Shown: positions 1 through 14,704 of the stretch, one piece after another
How positions within the stretch are numbered: the stretch's first letter is position 1
How the letters are laid out: every line of letters starts with the position of its first letter
Origin: Octopus vulgaris
Taxonomy: Eukaryota
Length of the DNA: 64,000 nucleotides
Reading direction: 5' to 3'
Assembly (NCBI GenBank): GCA_951406725.2
Contig: OX597835.1
Coordinates: 8,742,001-8,806,000 of the forward strand
Notes under the pieces: generated by a model
Seen by the model: the letters and a program-made list of their open reading frames with translations, nothing else
What the model was told of the DNA's origin: nothing
Databases searched by the model: none
Translations under genes and position numbers: made by a program

Positions 1-267
1 AACCCCCGAAAGCATCAGAAATTCAGAGGATAGTGTTCGTAGGAACTGCCCAAATCATATACAAAATACTGTCTATGCAATATCAAATTTTGAAACAAAC
101 TCATAATTTTCTTGTACAGAACCAAATATATGACACCCTCCGAATAACACAAGCATGAACTTCTAAATTGTTGTATATTGAGGTCTCTGAGTGAGACTTG
201 AGCCAACTTGCACAAATACAAAGCAAAAGTCAATAATAATAAGATTAATAATAATACGCTCTGATGC

Positions 268-487
268 CAGGCAGTGGCTATCATGGCTTTTGATCTTAAC
301 TGATTGGAATTATTATCATGTACATGATTTGTCTTGGTATAAAAGATGGGCTACAGCAAATATTCTGCTGAATACAAGATTTAATTGTTAGTTACTTGAC
401 CTTAACTAGTTGAGCACGTCCTGAAATGGCTGACGATATGTGCATCTCTGATCTCGAGCAGTACTACTTGGCGTGCATCATAGCCAT
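268..487 (+). repeat. Interspersed repeat fragment, unclassified family
   Basis: Motif gcagtggct..catggcttttgatcttaactgattggaa..gtcttggtataaaagatgggctacagcaaata recurs twice at 56387-56608. Confidence 0.6.
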
Positions 488-551
488 ATTTGAATAATTC
501 CTCTCTCGAAAGATGGGTACTTCATCCTTAAACAAAGCATATTCAGGCACG

Positions 552-748
552 TTTTGACTGCGGCTATGCTGGAGGTCTGCCTTTAGTCGAGGAAATCGAC
601 CCCACGACTTATTCTTTGTGAGCCTAGTACATATTCTATCGGTTCTTTTGCCGAACCGCTAAGTTACGGAGACGTAAACACACCAGCATCGGTTGTCATG
701 CGATGTTGGGGGGGGGGGGGGTACAGACACACAAAAACACACACACAG

Positions 749-785
<37 letters not shown>

Positions 786-998
786 AGGTTCAGCAAAATT
801 TAGATTCAGATGAATCTAAATTTATATATATATATATACGACGGGTTTCTTTCAGTTTCCGTCTACCAAATCCACTCACAAGGCTTTGGTCGGCTCGAGA
901 CTATAGTAGAAGACTCTTGGTCAAAGTGCCACGCAGTGGGACTGAACCCGGAACCATGTGGTTAGTAAGCAAGCTACTTACCACATGGCCACTCCTGC
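552..998 (-). mobile_element. SINE family A (tRNA-derived head, internal TA/CA microsatellite), diverged copy
   Basis: Reverse complement of the copies at 12088, 13150, 24386 and 63133. Confidence 0.9.
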
Positions 999-1228
999 TG
1001 TGAAAAATGTATTTTGCCGCAAGGTCAAAAGTGCAGCAAATACACCTCCTTTTATCCCATCCCCCATTATGTGTGTGTGTGTATGTGTGTATATACGTGT
1101 GTGTGTGTGTGTGTGCGCGTGCGTGCTCTTCTTTACCTATATATTTTCATGTGAACGATATTTTGAAAACCAAGTGTTTAGTATTATTTATTAGTGCACG
1201 TGTATGTAACTTAATGCCTGTAATGACA

Positions 1229-1711
1229 TGCATAAGATCTGGTCATCAAATCTAAGTAGAGACTTCAAACTTGAAATATTCAAAGCCACAGTCGAAACAA
1301 TTCTACTATATGGCTCAGAAACCTGGACGTTATCAAAGAAGCTTGAGAGGCGGTTGGATGGAACCTACACTCGCCTCCTTATGAGAGCTCAAAATCTCTC
1401 GAGGGAGGACTAACCAAAATGCAAATATATGGGACACTACCACCTGTGTCATCCCTTGTGAAAGGTAGGAGAGTCCACTTTGCTGGACATTGTTGTAGAG
1501 TTGAAAAAGAAGTAATTTCTACTCTTTTCCTCTGGAAGCCATCTACTCGCAATACCAGAGGGCGCACACTCTCCTACCCTGATGTAATCTCCAGGGATAC
1601 AGGCATCCAGCAACAGGACCTCCGTAATGCTATGATGGACAGTGAAGTCTGGCGTAACATAGTAAATTCCATTGTCTCGACCACGGTCGAACAATGATGA
1701 TGATGATGATG
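1229..1711 (+). mobile_element. 5'-truncated RTE-clade LINE, 3' end of the RT ORF (frameshifted) with (TGA)n tail
   Basis: ORFs 1228-1413 and 1419-1697 give KLEIFKATVETILLYGSETWTL...RRLDGTYTRLLMR and RRVHFAGHC...W...DSEVWR, typical RTE C-terminal motifs; tgatgatga tail at 1695-1711. Confidence 0.85.
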
Positions 1712-1898
1712 TATGTAACTTACAGACTAAATACAATTTACGATAAAAAGTGTGCAGTTTTATTTTGATTAAAGCACCTGTGTTTTTGGAGAGAAACCTA
1801 TGGATGCTTTTCGCCTGCCTTCAACATTTTTGACTGTGTGACTCACCACGTTTGTTGTTTTCTTCTTCTCTCCCCAATACGATCGATGAGACACATAT

Positions 1899-2280
1899 TG
1901 GAAGCACTCCGTCGGTTACGACGACGACGAGGGTTCCGGTTGATCCGAATCAACGGAACAGCCGGCTCGTGAAATTAACGTGTAAGTGGCTGAGCACTCC
2001 ACAGACACGTGCACCCTTAACGTAGTTCTCGGGGAAGATTCAGCGTGACACAGAGAGTGACAAGGCCGGCCCCTTTGAAATACAGGTACAACAGAAACAG
2101 GAAGTTAGAGTGAGAGAAAGTTGTGGTGAAAGAGTAGAGCAGGGATCACCACCATCCCCTGCCGGAGCCGCGAGGAGTTTTAGGTGTTTTCGCTCAATAA
2201 ACACTCACAACGCTCGGTCTGGGAATCGAAACCGCGATCCTATGACCGCGGGTCCGCTGCCCTAACCATTGGGCCATTGC
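1899..2280 (-). mobile_element. SINE family B (tRNA-derived, octopus OR-like)
   Basis: Near-identical to copies at 9746, 23553, 28977 and 50583; A box TGGCCCAATGG and B box GGTTTCGATTCC on the minus strand. Confidence 0.9.
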
Positions 2281-2542
2281 CCATTAAACTTTTAATATAT
2301 GTCAGATTCTTTTAAACTATTTCCTATTTTAAAACATATTTTAAGTATATTACTTAGGTAAGATTTAAAACTGAAGTAGAAAACTAAAATTGTTTTAATG
2401 ACAATTATCGTAGAAATTACTAATAAAAAATTACTAATAACAGTACTGATGTTAAAGTGAAATTCCGTTTATTGCACATAATAATGACCTAATTTTTAGA
2501 CTAGTTTTAAGATGTATTTAAATGTAATATTTTTTTCTTTCG

Positions 2543-3037
<495 letters not shown>

Positions 3038-3291
3038 TACACGCATAAGTATGTATATGTGTGTGTGTGTGTGTTTATCTGCACTTTTATAGAAGGCGTA
3101 ATGAAATGGAAAATAGGAAAGTAAATACTCGCCCGCACGCAGCACCTGATTACAGAGGAATTAATGCACACATTGCTTGGTACTTGATATAAACGAAGTT
3201 ACCTTTGAGAATTTAGAGCTTCAAGAAAGTAATTTAATGCCCAGTTGGTTCACTGAAATAGCAGATTTTAGTTTATTTTTGGGTTTATATT

Positions 3292-3860
<569 letters not shown>

Positions 3861-4207
3861 GTGTTTTCGATATTTTCTAGAAACATTTAATGAAAAGAAA
3901 AGACGCTTCTTCAAATCTTGAAGCTTCCTTCGAGCTGCAGCATGGAAACATTCGTTTAATTGGTTGTTAAGGTATTTAAATGGAGACAAGCTGGCTCTTG
4001 TTTTTTTGATATTTTCTCTGGTGACTTACTTGTATTCGATTCTATTTGTAAAAACCATTTAATCTTCGAAAGACTTGGAACGACTACTGTGTGAGTATAG
4101 GTGTATGTGTGTACATGTATCTAAGGATGAATGTGTGTGTGTTTGTATGAAAACTTATAGGCGTGCGTACGTGTATGCTTGTGCATATGTGTGTCTCGTT
4201 AATTGGA

Positions 4208-4245
<38 letters not shown>

Positions 4246-4249
<4 letters not shown>

Positions 4250-4467
4250 ACAATAAAGGAACGGCCATAATAGGCCATTCACCCACTAGAAATAACAGCC
4301 AAAGCTTCTAGTTATTTCTGTTATTTCTAGTGGGTGAATGGCCTATTATGGCCGTTCCTTATTGTTGATGTTGAACTTAAAAATGGTCTATGACTATTTT
4401 AATTTTTTCCTACTAGGCCGCTGGTGGCAAAAGAATTTTTTTTTGCCACCCTATATTGATTAATTAA
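4246..4467. repeat. Inverted-repeat insert between two (TA)n arrays
   Basis: ~53-bp arms 4246-4298 and 4318-4369 (one indel); second hairpin GGTGGCAAAA/TTTTGCCACC at 4423-4450. Confidence 0.85.
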
Positions 4468-4594
4468 ATATATATATATATATATATATATGCATGTTTT
4501 CATCTGCTTCTCTATGGCGACCATGTTAATGTCAGTATGTAGTGTAAGTTTGTGGGAATACTAAGATACATACAAACAGCATACACATTCAGAG

Positions 4595-4668
<74 letters not shown>

Positions 4669-5212
4669 TTGTGTGTGTACATATGTGAGGTATTGTATTA
4701 TTATTCGCATGTTTGCAAATAAATAGAAACATAGATAGGTAGATGATGGATGGATGGGTCGATGGATGGATGGATAGATAGATGGAAAGATAGATGGATA
4801 TACAGACAGACAGATAAATCGATAGGTATACATACATACAAACAAACAGACGGACAGATAGGCAGACAGACAGGCATAGATACAGACTGGCGGATAAAGC
4901 AATATTTAGTTTTAATACGTTAGGTTTATATCTCAACCTTCCGTGATCGATAAAATAACAGGAGAGTGATCTGTTATTCTCCCGAAAACCTGCTGCCTCA
5001 TTACATACGGCAGAAAGCATTATTCCCCTCTTCATTAACTATTAGCTACTAAGTCAATTACCAATGAGCTTATAGAAGACGCTCGACTGCTTGGTCTTAA
5101 AAGATTGTTTTATGACATCTTTTGGTGAGTATTGTCATTAATGATAACAGCAAGCTTCCGTGTTTATTGAACATAGAGTAAAAACCCTTTATGCATACCG
5201 GCATTCGGAATA

Positions 5213-5257
<45 letters not shown>

Positions 5258-6769
5258 TAATAATGATAGTAAAAGAACTGATACACACACACACACAAAA
5301 ATAATAATAAAAGAACTGTACCTTGCTGGATTTGATGTTAGAACAAAATCGACATATCAAAACCCAAAGAATATTTAACCAACACTGTAATGTTACCGTT
5401 CTATCTGCTACAAATAGCAGGCATGTGTCTGCAACGTGCACCATTATGTTCAAAACCGAAAAGTTTATATAAGATAATGTAGGTCCTCAATCCACTTTGT
5501 CGGAATACAATACGGAATGGTCATAATGTTTGACCTTCAGTTCGTCCGACCAGGGCAGGTTGACAAAAGCATTGAAGAACAGATTTCTGAAGACGTTATG
5601 GCTAAATGAATCATTGGTCAATAAATAATTGACAATTAATACCTGAAAGATGATCAGCAATTAATCCTCGCTGGAATTCTAATCAATGGCGAATGCAATA
5701 TGAATAAAACTTAAGAGGCTCTTTAACAAGCACAACAACTTGACAATACCGGCTATTGACTAATACTTCATATCGAAATATTGGGTAAGGTGTGAGTGTG
5801 ATTGGCGCAGTTTCGAGCAATCAATCTTCATAAACATGGCAAGACCTCGAAGCGGTCATTCCATCTGCTAAGAAGAACAGTGATATTGCCCCGAATTACA
5901 ATACGTTGTACTTAAACCTGCAGAAAAAACACAGAATCAACGAAAGGGAATTCATTAAAATCATATCTTATGACATGCTTCTTGATCAGAGCCGAACTGG
6001 AACTAACCAGCAACAGAAAGCTACAATTATAATGCAGTGTGTCCATAGAGTGGTTAACTCACGTCACGCTCAAATGATCCGAAATTAGACACTGCTCATC
6101 AGTAAACTATTCATCATGAAATTGCTAATTTATTATCGATTTCTTTGTAGCTTTTATTTACACTCGATTATGTTATGAGTGCAAATTTATCTGGATCGAT
6201 TTTGTTTTTTTATACTACTGGGTCGATAGAAAATTTACTGGAGAAAGATCGGGCCCAAAGTTCGAGGCTTTATATGTATCAATATTGAAGTGTTCGTCAA
6301 TAGTGTCCAATATCTTCACATGTTGCTTTACTTGTAGACTGGAGAAGGATAATTAGTCAGAAGGATTTTTCTCTGTATACTTACGAAAGGATTTCTCGGA
6401 ACTTCTGTGGGAAGGAGGAAAATGTGTATTTTACAAACTAATAATGGCTATTTTTAGGATCTTGAACAGGGGACAGTGTTGGTCAAACATTTCACAATCT
6501 CCACGGTGACACGAATGAAGTTAAACTAAATGGACGCAAAAGAAAATTCAAATCTTGTCACGGAATCTACACTCCTGCAATCATTTATAAAAACTCAATA
6601 TGTCAGCGAAGATACGGCAAGAATTATCCTTGGTATCTAAGATTATTTGTTGTAGCCCGATGTTAGGATACTTTTCTTTTCCAACAGCCTAATCTGTTGA
6701 GTGTATATTAAAATATGTGATAATAATGGTCCTAAATTTTGCGAAAAGTCAGCAATTTTGGGGAAGGCG

Positions 6770-6928
6770 TGGATCGATTATATCGAGCCCAGTGTTCAAC
6801 TGGTACTTAATTTATCAACACTGAAAGGGTGAAAGGCAAGTCGACCTCGGCGGAATTTGAACTCAGAAATTAGCGACGGGCGAAATACCGCTAAACATTT
6901 CGCCTGGCACGATAACGAATTTGCCGTT
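6770..6928 (-). mobile_element. SINE family C, degenerate copy
   Basis: ctggtacttaatttatc...gaaaggcaagtcgacctcggcggaatttgaactcagaa matches family C copies. Confidence 0.75.
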
Positions 6929-6991
6929 TTTCAATTATTTCTCAATTTTTTTTGTAAGGGGATCTATATGTATGTATTTACTGTAAGTATG

Positions 6992-7051
<60 letters not shown>

Positions 7052-9745
7052 CATGTATGTGAAAATGTACAAATGTACGTACATACGTATGTAAGTAATG
7101 ATATATGTATGTGTATAAATATTTTGTGGCAAGAAGATACCTTAGGCTACAAAATGAATAGCGCTTTTGAAATACTCTGAGATGAATGACATGGCTTAAG
7201 AATACTACTTCCGCCACCAAGGAACAGAATCTGCTGAAAACTTTTGATTGCTGTTGAAAATGCCTTGATTCACATATTCTTGTTTTGATCCATATTATGT
7301 AATGCCTTGGGCAGGTCTTGTTATACACAAACTTACATTCCTAATATCTGTGTATCACGCATGAAGTAGTTTATTCCGTTATTAAAAAAGGCGGATTGGG
7401 TAGGCCTTGAACTAAGTACAGGAAAAACTTCTACATTTTACCAAATTGTCGGTATTGCCTTTCCCAGAAATTATTTTACACATTTCTCATCTGAAGGTGA
7501 ATGCTTCGCGCCTTGACACACCGAAACGTCTGTAGTTGTATCGAACTCAAGGCTCTTAATATTAGTATTGATATTCGACCTCTGTCAATAATACACAAGC
7601 AATTTAAATAGCTAACAGTCAATTATCGATTTCTGCTGCAGAATATGGACGTTGTTTGCTAATGGGGAAGAAACATATAAGAAACAGAGTTATTTTAGCA
7701 CACCTTAATTTTAATAACATTTTAAAGAGAGAGTTTAATCGAGAGTAAGATGTGACCCAGTTCTTTTCCCGATCATGTCCATTCTCTGTTCTATGCTCAC
7801 CTCCAGCAGAAATGAGGAAACGCGCTCTTCCTTTCCAACGAGTTTGATAGCGTCCAAGAGAAACCATTCATAATAATAAAAGAAAGTGCTACTGGGATAT
7901 CTTTTCTCATTAATGCTTCATATTTATAATTTGCGTATGTGTGAATGGCGTTATTGCATACGCAAATCAATGTAAGCTGGATAGCAAATAAATACCGATA
8001 TCACCGAGAGTTGCATGTTTTCAGAGTGGATGAGACACATCGCCGAAACGTAAATCGGTGATTTATATCCTGTCATAGACGTTGCCGCTTCTTTATGTTT
8101 AAGTCATTCCATACGACTGACTTCCTATGATATCACAATATTAGGAATTCGCTTAATGTAAGGGGTTCTTTTACCTACAGGAATGAGTTTATTTCGTCTC
8201 CGATTATTACCCCAAAAAACACAGGCGTTTCATCGTATTGGCCTGCCTTAAATTCGATTAACTCTATAAGTTCGAACTATTCAAATATTCACCATCGATT
8301 CTATGATTCTATATTGATGTTATACTGGTAAGTTTCTTTCTTCTCTTCATTGTTACTTCATTGATTTAATTCCTCTGTAAAACATAGCCAATATATTTAT
8401 GAATAAGGGTTTACATCGTCCCTTTTGCACCTTAGAATTAGAGAGACTCAACAGAAAACGATATAAATGTAGAAAGCATTAAAACGTAACAAACAGCAAC
8501 TCAATACCTGTTGGAGACGCATTCTTTCGTTGGTAGTTGTTGACTATTCGACAGAAAGGAAGAATGGGGAAAATAGTTTCTTTTCATTGTGTTCAATTAC
8601 CATCAGCAATCGAATTCTGAATTCGATGTTTGATAACATATTCCAGAAATAAAAATTCATCTAAAGTTGCTTAAGTGTTGAATAATAATACAGGCACAAG
8701 TGGTGATAATGAACCGAAAAGGACAAAGAAAACCCCAAAAATCTATTCTACACTTTTACTAAGCGTTCATTTATACATATTGATAATAAAGAAGCAAGAA
8801 AAAAATGACATTTCAAAGATTATTTGCGATAAAAGAAATAAAACGATCAATATAATAAATAATTCTTCAATTTAGGAATAAGCATTGTTGCTATTTAGAC
8901 TTTAGTGGTGCTCGATTCCAATAACGAAACTCTTCAGCATTCTATTAAACAGTTACAATCTCTGATAAATCCTTTATTTTCTATGATAATGCCAAAGTTT
9001 ATATTCTATTGATTCCTACTCGTATTGACTTATAAAGTACATATTCCGTTTTGATGTGATAAAGGTTTAATGGAAAATTGATCAACATCAAAACTGGAAA
9101 TCTGTGGCTACAAAACTCTCAAATTTCTATCATCTCCATAAGAATTTTAACAATTTACTCTCCATTTGCATTATTATCGAATGTTTGCCGAAGAAAAAAG
9201 GACAACAAGAAAAAAGCCACCTTTATGCGTATATATAAATTTGTACAACATATTTTATATCGATTGCTTTAGAACGGGACAGACATTGAAAGTAGGATGG
9301 GGTGTATTGAATATCAATTATATATTGCAAGATATTAAAATGAAATAGTGTCACAAGCTATGGGCAGGCATGGGACCGTATCCAAGTAATTCGCTCCCCA
9401 TTCACATGAATACGGAATTGAATACGCTCTGTAGAGTTTTTCGCATTGATTGGCAGCTAGTTAGTGAAATTTATTTAACGAAATCTGTCAAAAATGTTGT
9501 TGTTTTCTTTCATTGATTGGAAAAGCAGCTCTATGTTTTTTTCATAACGTTGAAGGTGCCACCAAGGGGAGATTTTCACGAAAGAACGTGTTTATCTATC
9601 AATCGCTTCTCCGTTTGCTTGCCTATTGTGTAAGTACACTTCATTACTGCTTATCGCTTTTAGATTGTTTCGTACAAAAGTTCCTTGTACCAGCTTTTGA
9701 TTCCATCAATTATCTTTTATTTGGCTAAGGTCTTATTTCAAATCG

Positions 9746-10137
9746 GTGGAGGCGCAATGGCCCAGTGGTTAGGGCAGCGGATTCGCGGTCATAGGATCGC
9801 GGTTTCGATTCCCAGACCGGGCGTTCTGAGTGTTTATTGAGCGAAAACACCTAAAAAAGCTCCACGAGGCTCAGGCAGGGGACGGTGGTGATCCCTGCTG
9901 TACTCTTTCACCACAACTTTCTCTCACTCTTACTTCCTGTTTCTGTTGTACCTGTATTTCAAAAGGGCCGGCCTTGCCACTCTCTGTGTCACGCTGAATA
10001 TCCCCGATAACTATGTTAAGGGTGCACGTATCTGTAGAGTGCTCAGCCACTTTCACGTAAATTTCACCAGCAGGCTGTTCCGTTGATCCGGATCAACCGG
10101 AACCCTCATCGTCGTAACCGACGGAGTGCTTCCATCC
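9746..10137 (+). mobile_element. SINE family B, full length
   Basis: tRNA-like A/B boxes; TSD ATTTCAAATCG at 9735-9745 and 10138-10148. Confidence 0.93.
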
Positions 10138-10439
10138 ATTTCAAATCGTATTACATTCCTCTTCATGTGTCACTGTATAACTCTAAACATATATGGCTCT
10201 AAACAAATTTCTTTTGTTCTCTTTTACTCGTAAATTTATTTGACAAATATTTCTCAAATTAAGTCTGCATAACCTGAGCTGACCTGGTGTTATACATCAA
10301 CCGCTTGACATCAATAATTCCAGCAAATAAAAATAAGAAATGCAAATGGACAGTTTTTCGTGTCTTCCCCGTAGGTCTTGCATCATTTTTTGTTCTTTTT
10401 GTAAACATTTCTATTAAATAGCAATGGTGATTTGTATTA

Positions 10440-10580
10440 TAAGGTTTTCCCAAAAGTTCGTAGAAAGTCTTGGAAAATAATGGTCTTTATTTTGAGGAAT
10501 AATTTTTGTTGTTTTTGTTAGTACTTGGCGAGTAAAAATTCAATTTTCGCAAGTGTTTACGAACTTTTGGGACAACCTAA
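10440..10580. mobile_element. Mariner-type MITE (~140 bp)
   Basis: Imperfect TIRs taaggttttcccaaaagttcgta / tacgaacttttgggacaacctaa, flanked by TA. Confidence 0.65.
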
Positions 10581-11105
10581 TATTTATGTAGTGAAAATAT
10601 AAATATTTTGCATAAAGTAACGATGTTACTGTAATTTGTCAAATAATGTTTTTCGCAGCAATTTTTAATGAAGAAATATTTGAGATCCATGTCAGTGATT
10701 CCTTATCTCTTCATTACATTTAAATGAAATGTTTTCGTTATATTTTCATAGCGTAGATTTGCTTAAAAGTACATGCGTTTTTCTGTCTTCTATTAATTCC
10801 ACCTGAAGTTGTGGCATTGCAGATACGGATAATTGAGGTAAGCTTGTTTTCATTGTTATGTGTTATTGTTTGTTGGAACTTATTTATTCGAGTGAGTGTG
10901 GATGTCAAGTTGTCTGTAAATGAGTGAGTCTAATGCGTAAGTGTGCAAGTAATTTACACGAGTATTCTCAAGATTTGAAGGACTGCAACGAGTGTTCATA
11001 CTATGTGTAATGTGGTCAGTTTTCTATTTGTTATTTGTGTGTGGCAAGGTCCAGTTCTGAGAATCTTGGTTTCGTATCTGTCATATTATATCCATGCCTC
11101 GTCAA

Positions 11106-11440
11106 TCTCTCTCTATATAAACGGCAGTTTGTCTGTGTGTGTTTCTGTGTGTCTGTTTGGTTGTACCCTCACCCTGACCACTGCTTTCAACCGATTCTGA
11201 TGAAACTTGACACACACATAGCCCAATGTCATAATTCAAAACTAACGCAGCGAAAATTTTGAAAAGTTCTCCCAGTTCTGAAAGAAATCGATAAATTCGA
11301 CATGGGGTCGAGAATCAGAAATACAAACCACAGACATGATTTTTTTTCCATTTTTTTGCTATTTTTTGGCTATAACTCTCTAAAAATGCTTTATAGTTAT
11401 TTCCCTTACAAACCCGAGCAACGCCGGGCGATACTGCTAG
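11106..11440 (+). mobile_element. Non-autonomous Helitron, variant 5' end
   Basis: A|TC start, subterminal hairpin CCCGAGCAACGCCGGG, CTAG|T end; 3' ~100 bp shared with 52775-53163. Confidence 0.8.
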
Positions 11441-12087
11441 TTTTGCATATTTTTGAGGGTAGTGTGAAATTTAAAGAAGATTGCGATTCTCGTGTCAGAT
11501 GGAGACACAACTCGAAAAAAAGGCATCTTCTAACTTACAATATACACTGAAAAAGTTCCAGTCTTTGACTTCATCTCATTTATACAAATGTTTCTCAGCA
11601 GAATCATTTCACAACAATTTTAGTAAACATTCAATGAAAATTATCTTCAAAGAACTCATTATCGTCGTATATGCGTACCAAAGGATCCGCCCTTAGCAAG
11701 TTTTCTTCATGGACTTTTGTTTCCAAGAATGATAATCTAATTAAGGTAATAACTTCTGCAAGTGGTTTCCTGGGCTATCAGAAGATTATCTAATTAAATA
11801 GAAGAATCCCTCGCCTCTATGACATTTTAGTTAAATTACTGGTGGGGATTTCTGAAATCATTTACAAATGAAGGACATTCTAAACGACGAATCAGTTGAT
11901 TATGGTACATCTCTGAGGTATTATGTTCTTATGCAAGAACATAATATGTAGAGATGCTAAAAGTATAAAATACGTAGTCACCGATATTCTAAAGGTTATT
12001 ATGAGTCGAACACAGTTTATTGATTTTCGGCTCGCTAGTTACAGAACTGAGGGACCACATCAGGAATTCTCAAGAAAAATGAAGATA

Positions 12088-12495
12088 GGCGCAGGAGTGG
12101 CTGTGTGGTAGGTAGCTTGTTTACCAACCACATGGTTCTGGGTTCAGTCCCACTGCGTGGCACCTTGGGTAAGTGTCTTCTACTATAGCCTCGGGCCGAC
12201 CAAAGCCTTGTGAGTGGATTTGGTAGACGGAAACTGAAAGAAGCCCGTCGTATATATGTATATATATATATGCGTGTGTGTATTTGTGTGTCGCCCCCTA
12301 GCATTGCTTGACAACCGATGCTGGTGTGTTTATGTCCCCGTTACTTAGCGGTTCGGCAAAAGAGACCGATAGAAAAAGTACTGGGCTTACAAAAGAATAA
12401 GTCCCGGAGTCGAGTTGCTCGATTAAAGGCGGTGCTCCAGCATGGCCGCAGTCAAATGACTGAAACAAGTAAAAGAATAAAAGAGTAAAAGAGTA
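12088..12495 (+). mobile_element. SINE family A, full length
   Basis: ggcgcaggagtggctgtgtggt head, GGTTCAGTCC B-box-like motif, central gccttgtgagtggatttggtagacggaaactgaaagaagcccgtcg domain, (AAAAGAGT)n tail. Confidence 0.93.
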
Positions 12496-12759
12496 TATTA
12501 AACTGTTAAGATATATCCATGGAATTCTCTAAATAACATTTTGTGCCCACGCGTATACACACCCACACACACACATGTACACAAATGCAAGCACATAGAC
12601 AAATGCACATTGTATAGCGTAACAAGTTTCATATTTTACAATATAAAGCTGAGATCTATCTCGCCTTTATTGTTGTCGTCACACTCTCAGAAGCATTTTA
12701 ATTTATTTTCAGATTATCGACACAGACATGTACACAAACCGAACGTTTGTGTGTGTGTA

Positions 12760-12822
<63 letters not shown>

Positions 12823-13149
12823 ACGCGCAAGCGTGTAAGTAATTATAATTGTTTGTAAACCGTAGCAGACATAAAAGTTGTCAAATTTAATTATTTCTTT
12901 GTAGATTTAAAAATCTTATGAACCACCTTAATCTGCATTGTATACGAAAGAGATTTTCTTTCCAAATTACCATGTATGTACTTTCTCGTTGAGCACTTAA
13001 CTGTTTTGTATAATCAAAGAATTAATTAGTTTTTGTGCTGTTCATGTCTTTGAAAAATGAATTATTGTCGTAAATGAATTAACTCTATTCACTGGTTTCC
13101 TTTTGCAAAACGCCAACGCCTTTCACCATGCATATTCCCTGAATTTATA

Positions 13150-13308
13150 GCAGGAGTGGCTGTGTGGTAAGTAGCTTGTTTACGAACCACATGGTTCCGG
13201 GTTCAGTCCCACTGCGTGGCACTTTGGGCAAGTGCCTTCTACTATAGCCTCGGGCCGACCAAAGCCTTGTGAGTGGATTTGGTAGAAGGAAACTGAAAGA
13301 AGCCCGTC

Positions 13309-13367
<59 letters not shown>

Positions 13368-13592
13368 TGTGTGTATTTGTGTGTCTGTGTTTGTCCCCCT
13401 AGCATTGCTTGACAACCGATGCTGGTATGTTTACGTCCCCGTCACTTAGCGGCTCGGCCAAAGAGACCGATAGAATAAGTACTGGGCTTACAAAGAATAA
13501 GTCCCGGGGTCGAGTTGCTCGACTAAAGGCGGTGCTCCAGCATGGGTGCAGTCAAATGACTGAAACAAGTAAAAGAGTAAAGAGTAAAGAGT
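13150..13592 (+). mobile_element. SINE family A, full length
   Basis: Near-identical to 12088-12495, with a longer internal (TA)n. Confidence 0.93.
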
Positions 13593-14149
13593 GAGGCTTA
13601 CTGAATGATTTGAATTAATAGAATAATAACACTCCAGTCATAATAGAAATATTTGAATATTACTCAATAAAACTTTATTGTTTCAGCATTCAGATCCCTC
13701 CATTATCAAATTTGCTTTTCATTGAAGTGATGTGTATACAACTATAAACTGAAACTCAAATATGATCACTTTTACTACGAAACAGGTATTGAAGCACTTA
13801 TATGGGTAAAAGGGGTCACTTGCATCCAATTCCAGAAATCAGGAATGTTCATGAACGTCTATTGTGATCTAAGGATATTTTTTCAATAAGATATTAATCG
13901 ATTTTATCCTGTGCAGAAACGACTTGGTACATCGAGAAAAATAAATGTCAGAATCACTCTCGGATGTTTTTGAAGTCATAGCTCAAGGACGTCCCTCTGA
14001 TTATTCTGATAATTCAACAACAAACCTACAGCAGACTGCTAAATGAAGAGTCAGACAATTATTCGCCTCCGTTCAAGACTTTCAAGAAAGTAATATTTAA
14101 ATCCATGTAGAGAGGTTGGGAAAACCAATTGAAACAACATCATATATTG

Positions 14150-14605
14150 GTTCTAGTTTGGATGTGCTACCGTCGTAGCATGAGCTGATAAACCTTCATT
14201 GAATGAATCTACTAAACCGGTTAATGTTTCGAGAGCTACAGTCATAATGACAATACGAAACCAAGATAAAACCAACTCTGGGAAGCATAATTCTAGACGG
14301 AAAACACGGTCCTCCAAAACGGACAACAAAATAGTGAAATGCATTTTGCGTAAAAACCTCGAAGAACGGTAGCAAAAATAACAGCAGTGCTAAACTGCTA
14401 CCTAACAAAAGCTGAGTCTGCGAAAACCGTTCGTCTTGGGATACGTAAAGCTGGATACCATGGAAGGGCTGCAATTGTTAAAGATCTTCTCCCTCAACCA
14501 TCAAAACCCTAAAAGCCAGACAAAACAGTTCTTGATTTTCAGAAGTGGTTTATGGCTGAATGGAAAAATATCACATTTGATGAATCATCATTTACTAATT
14601 GCTCC
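14150..14605 (+). pseudogene. Degenerate Tc1-like transposase, N-terminal part
   Basis: Across frames: NVSRATV, KHNSRRK, RKAGYHGRAAIVK and WKNITFDESSF, matching the Tc1 HTH, linker and first catalytic Asp motif (W.NVIFSDES.F). Confidence 0.7.
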
Positions 14606-14647
14606 AACTTCGAGGTGCCTTTATCTCTGAAGACAACACAAAGAAGG

Positions 14648-14704
<57 letters not shown>

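Noticed and set aside
11198-11210. CTGATGAAAC as a hammerhead core
   Set aside because: No stem II or separate GAAA; it is part of the Helitron body.
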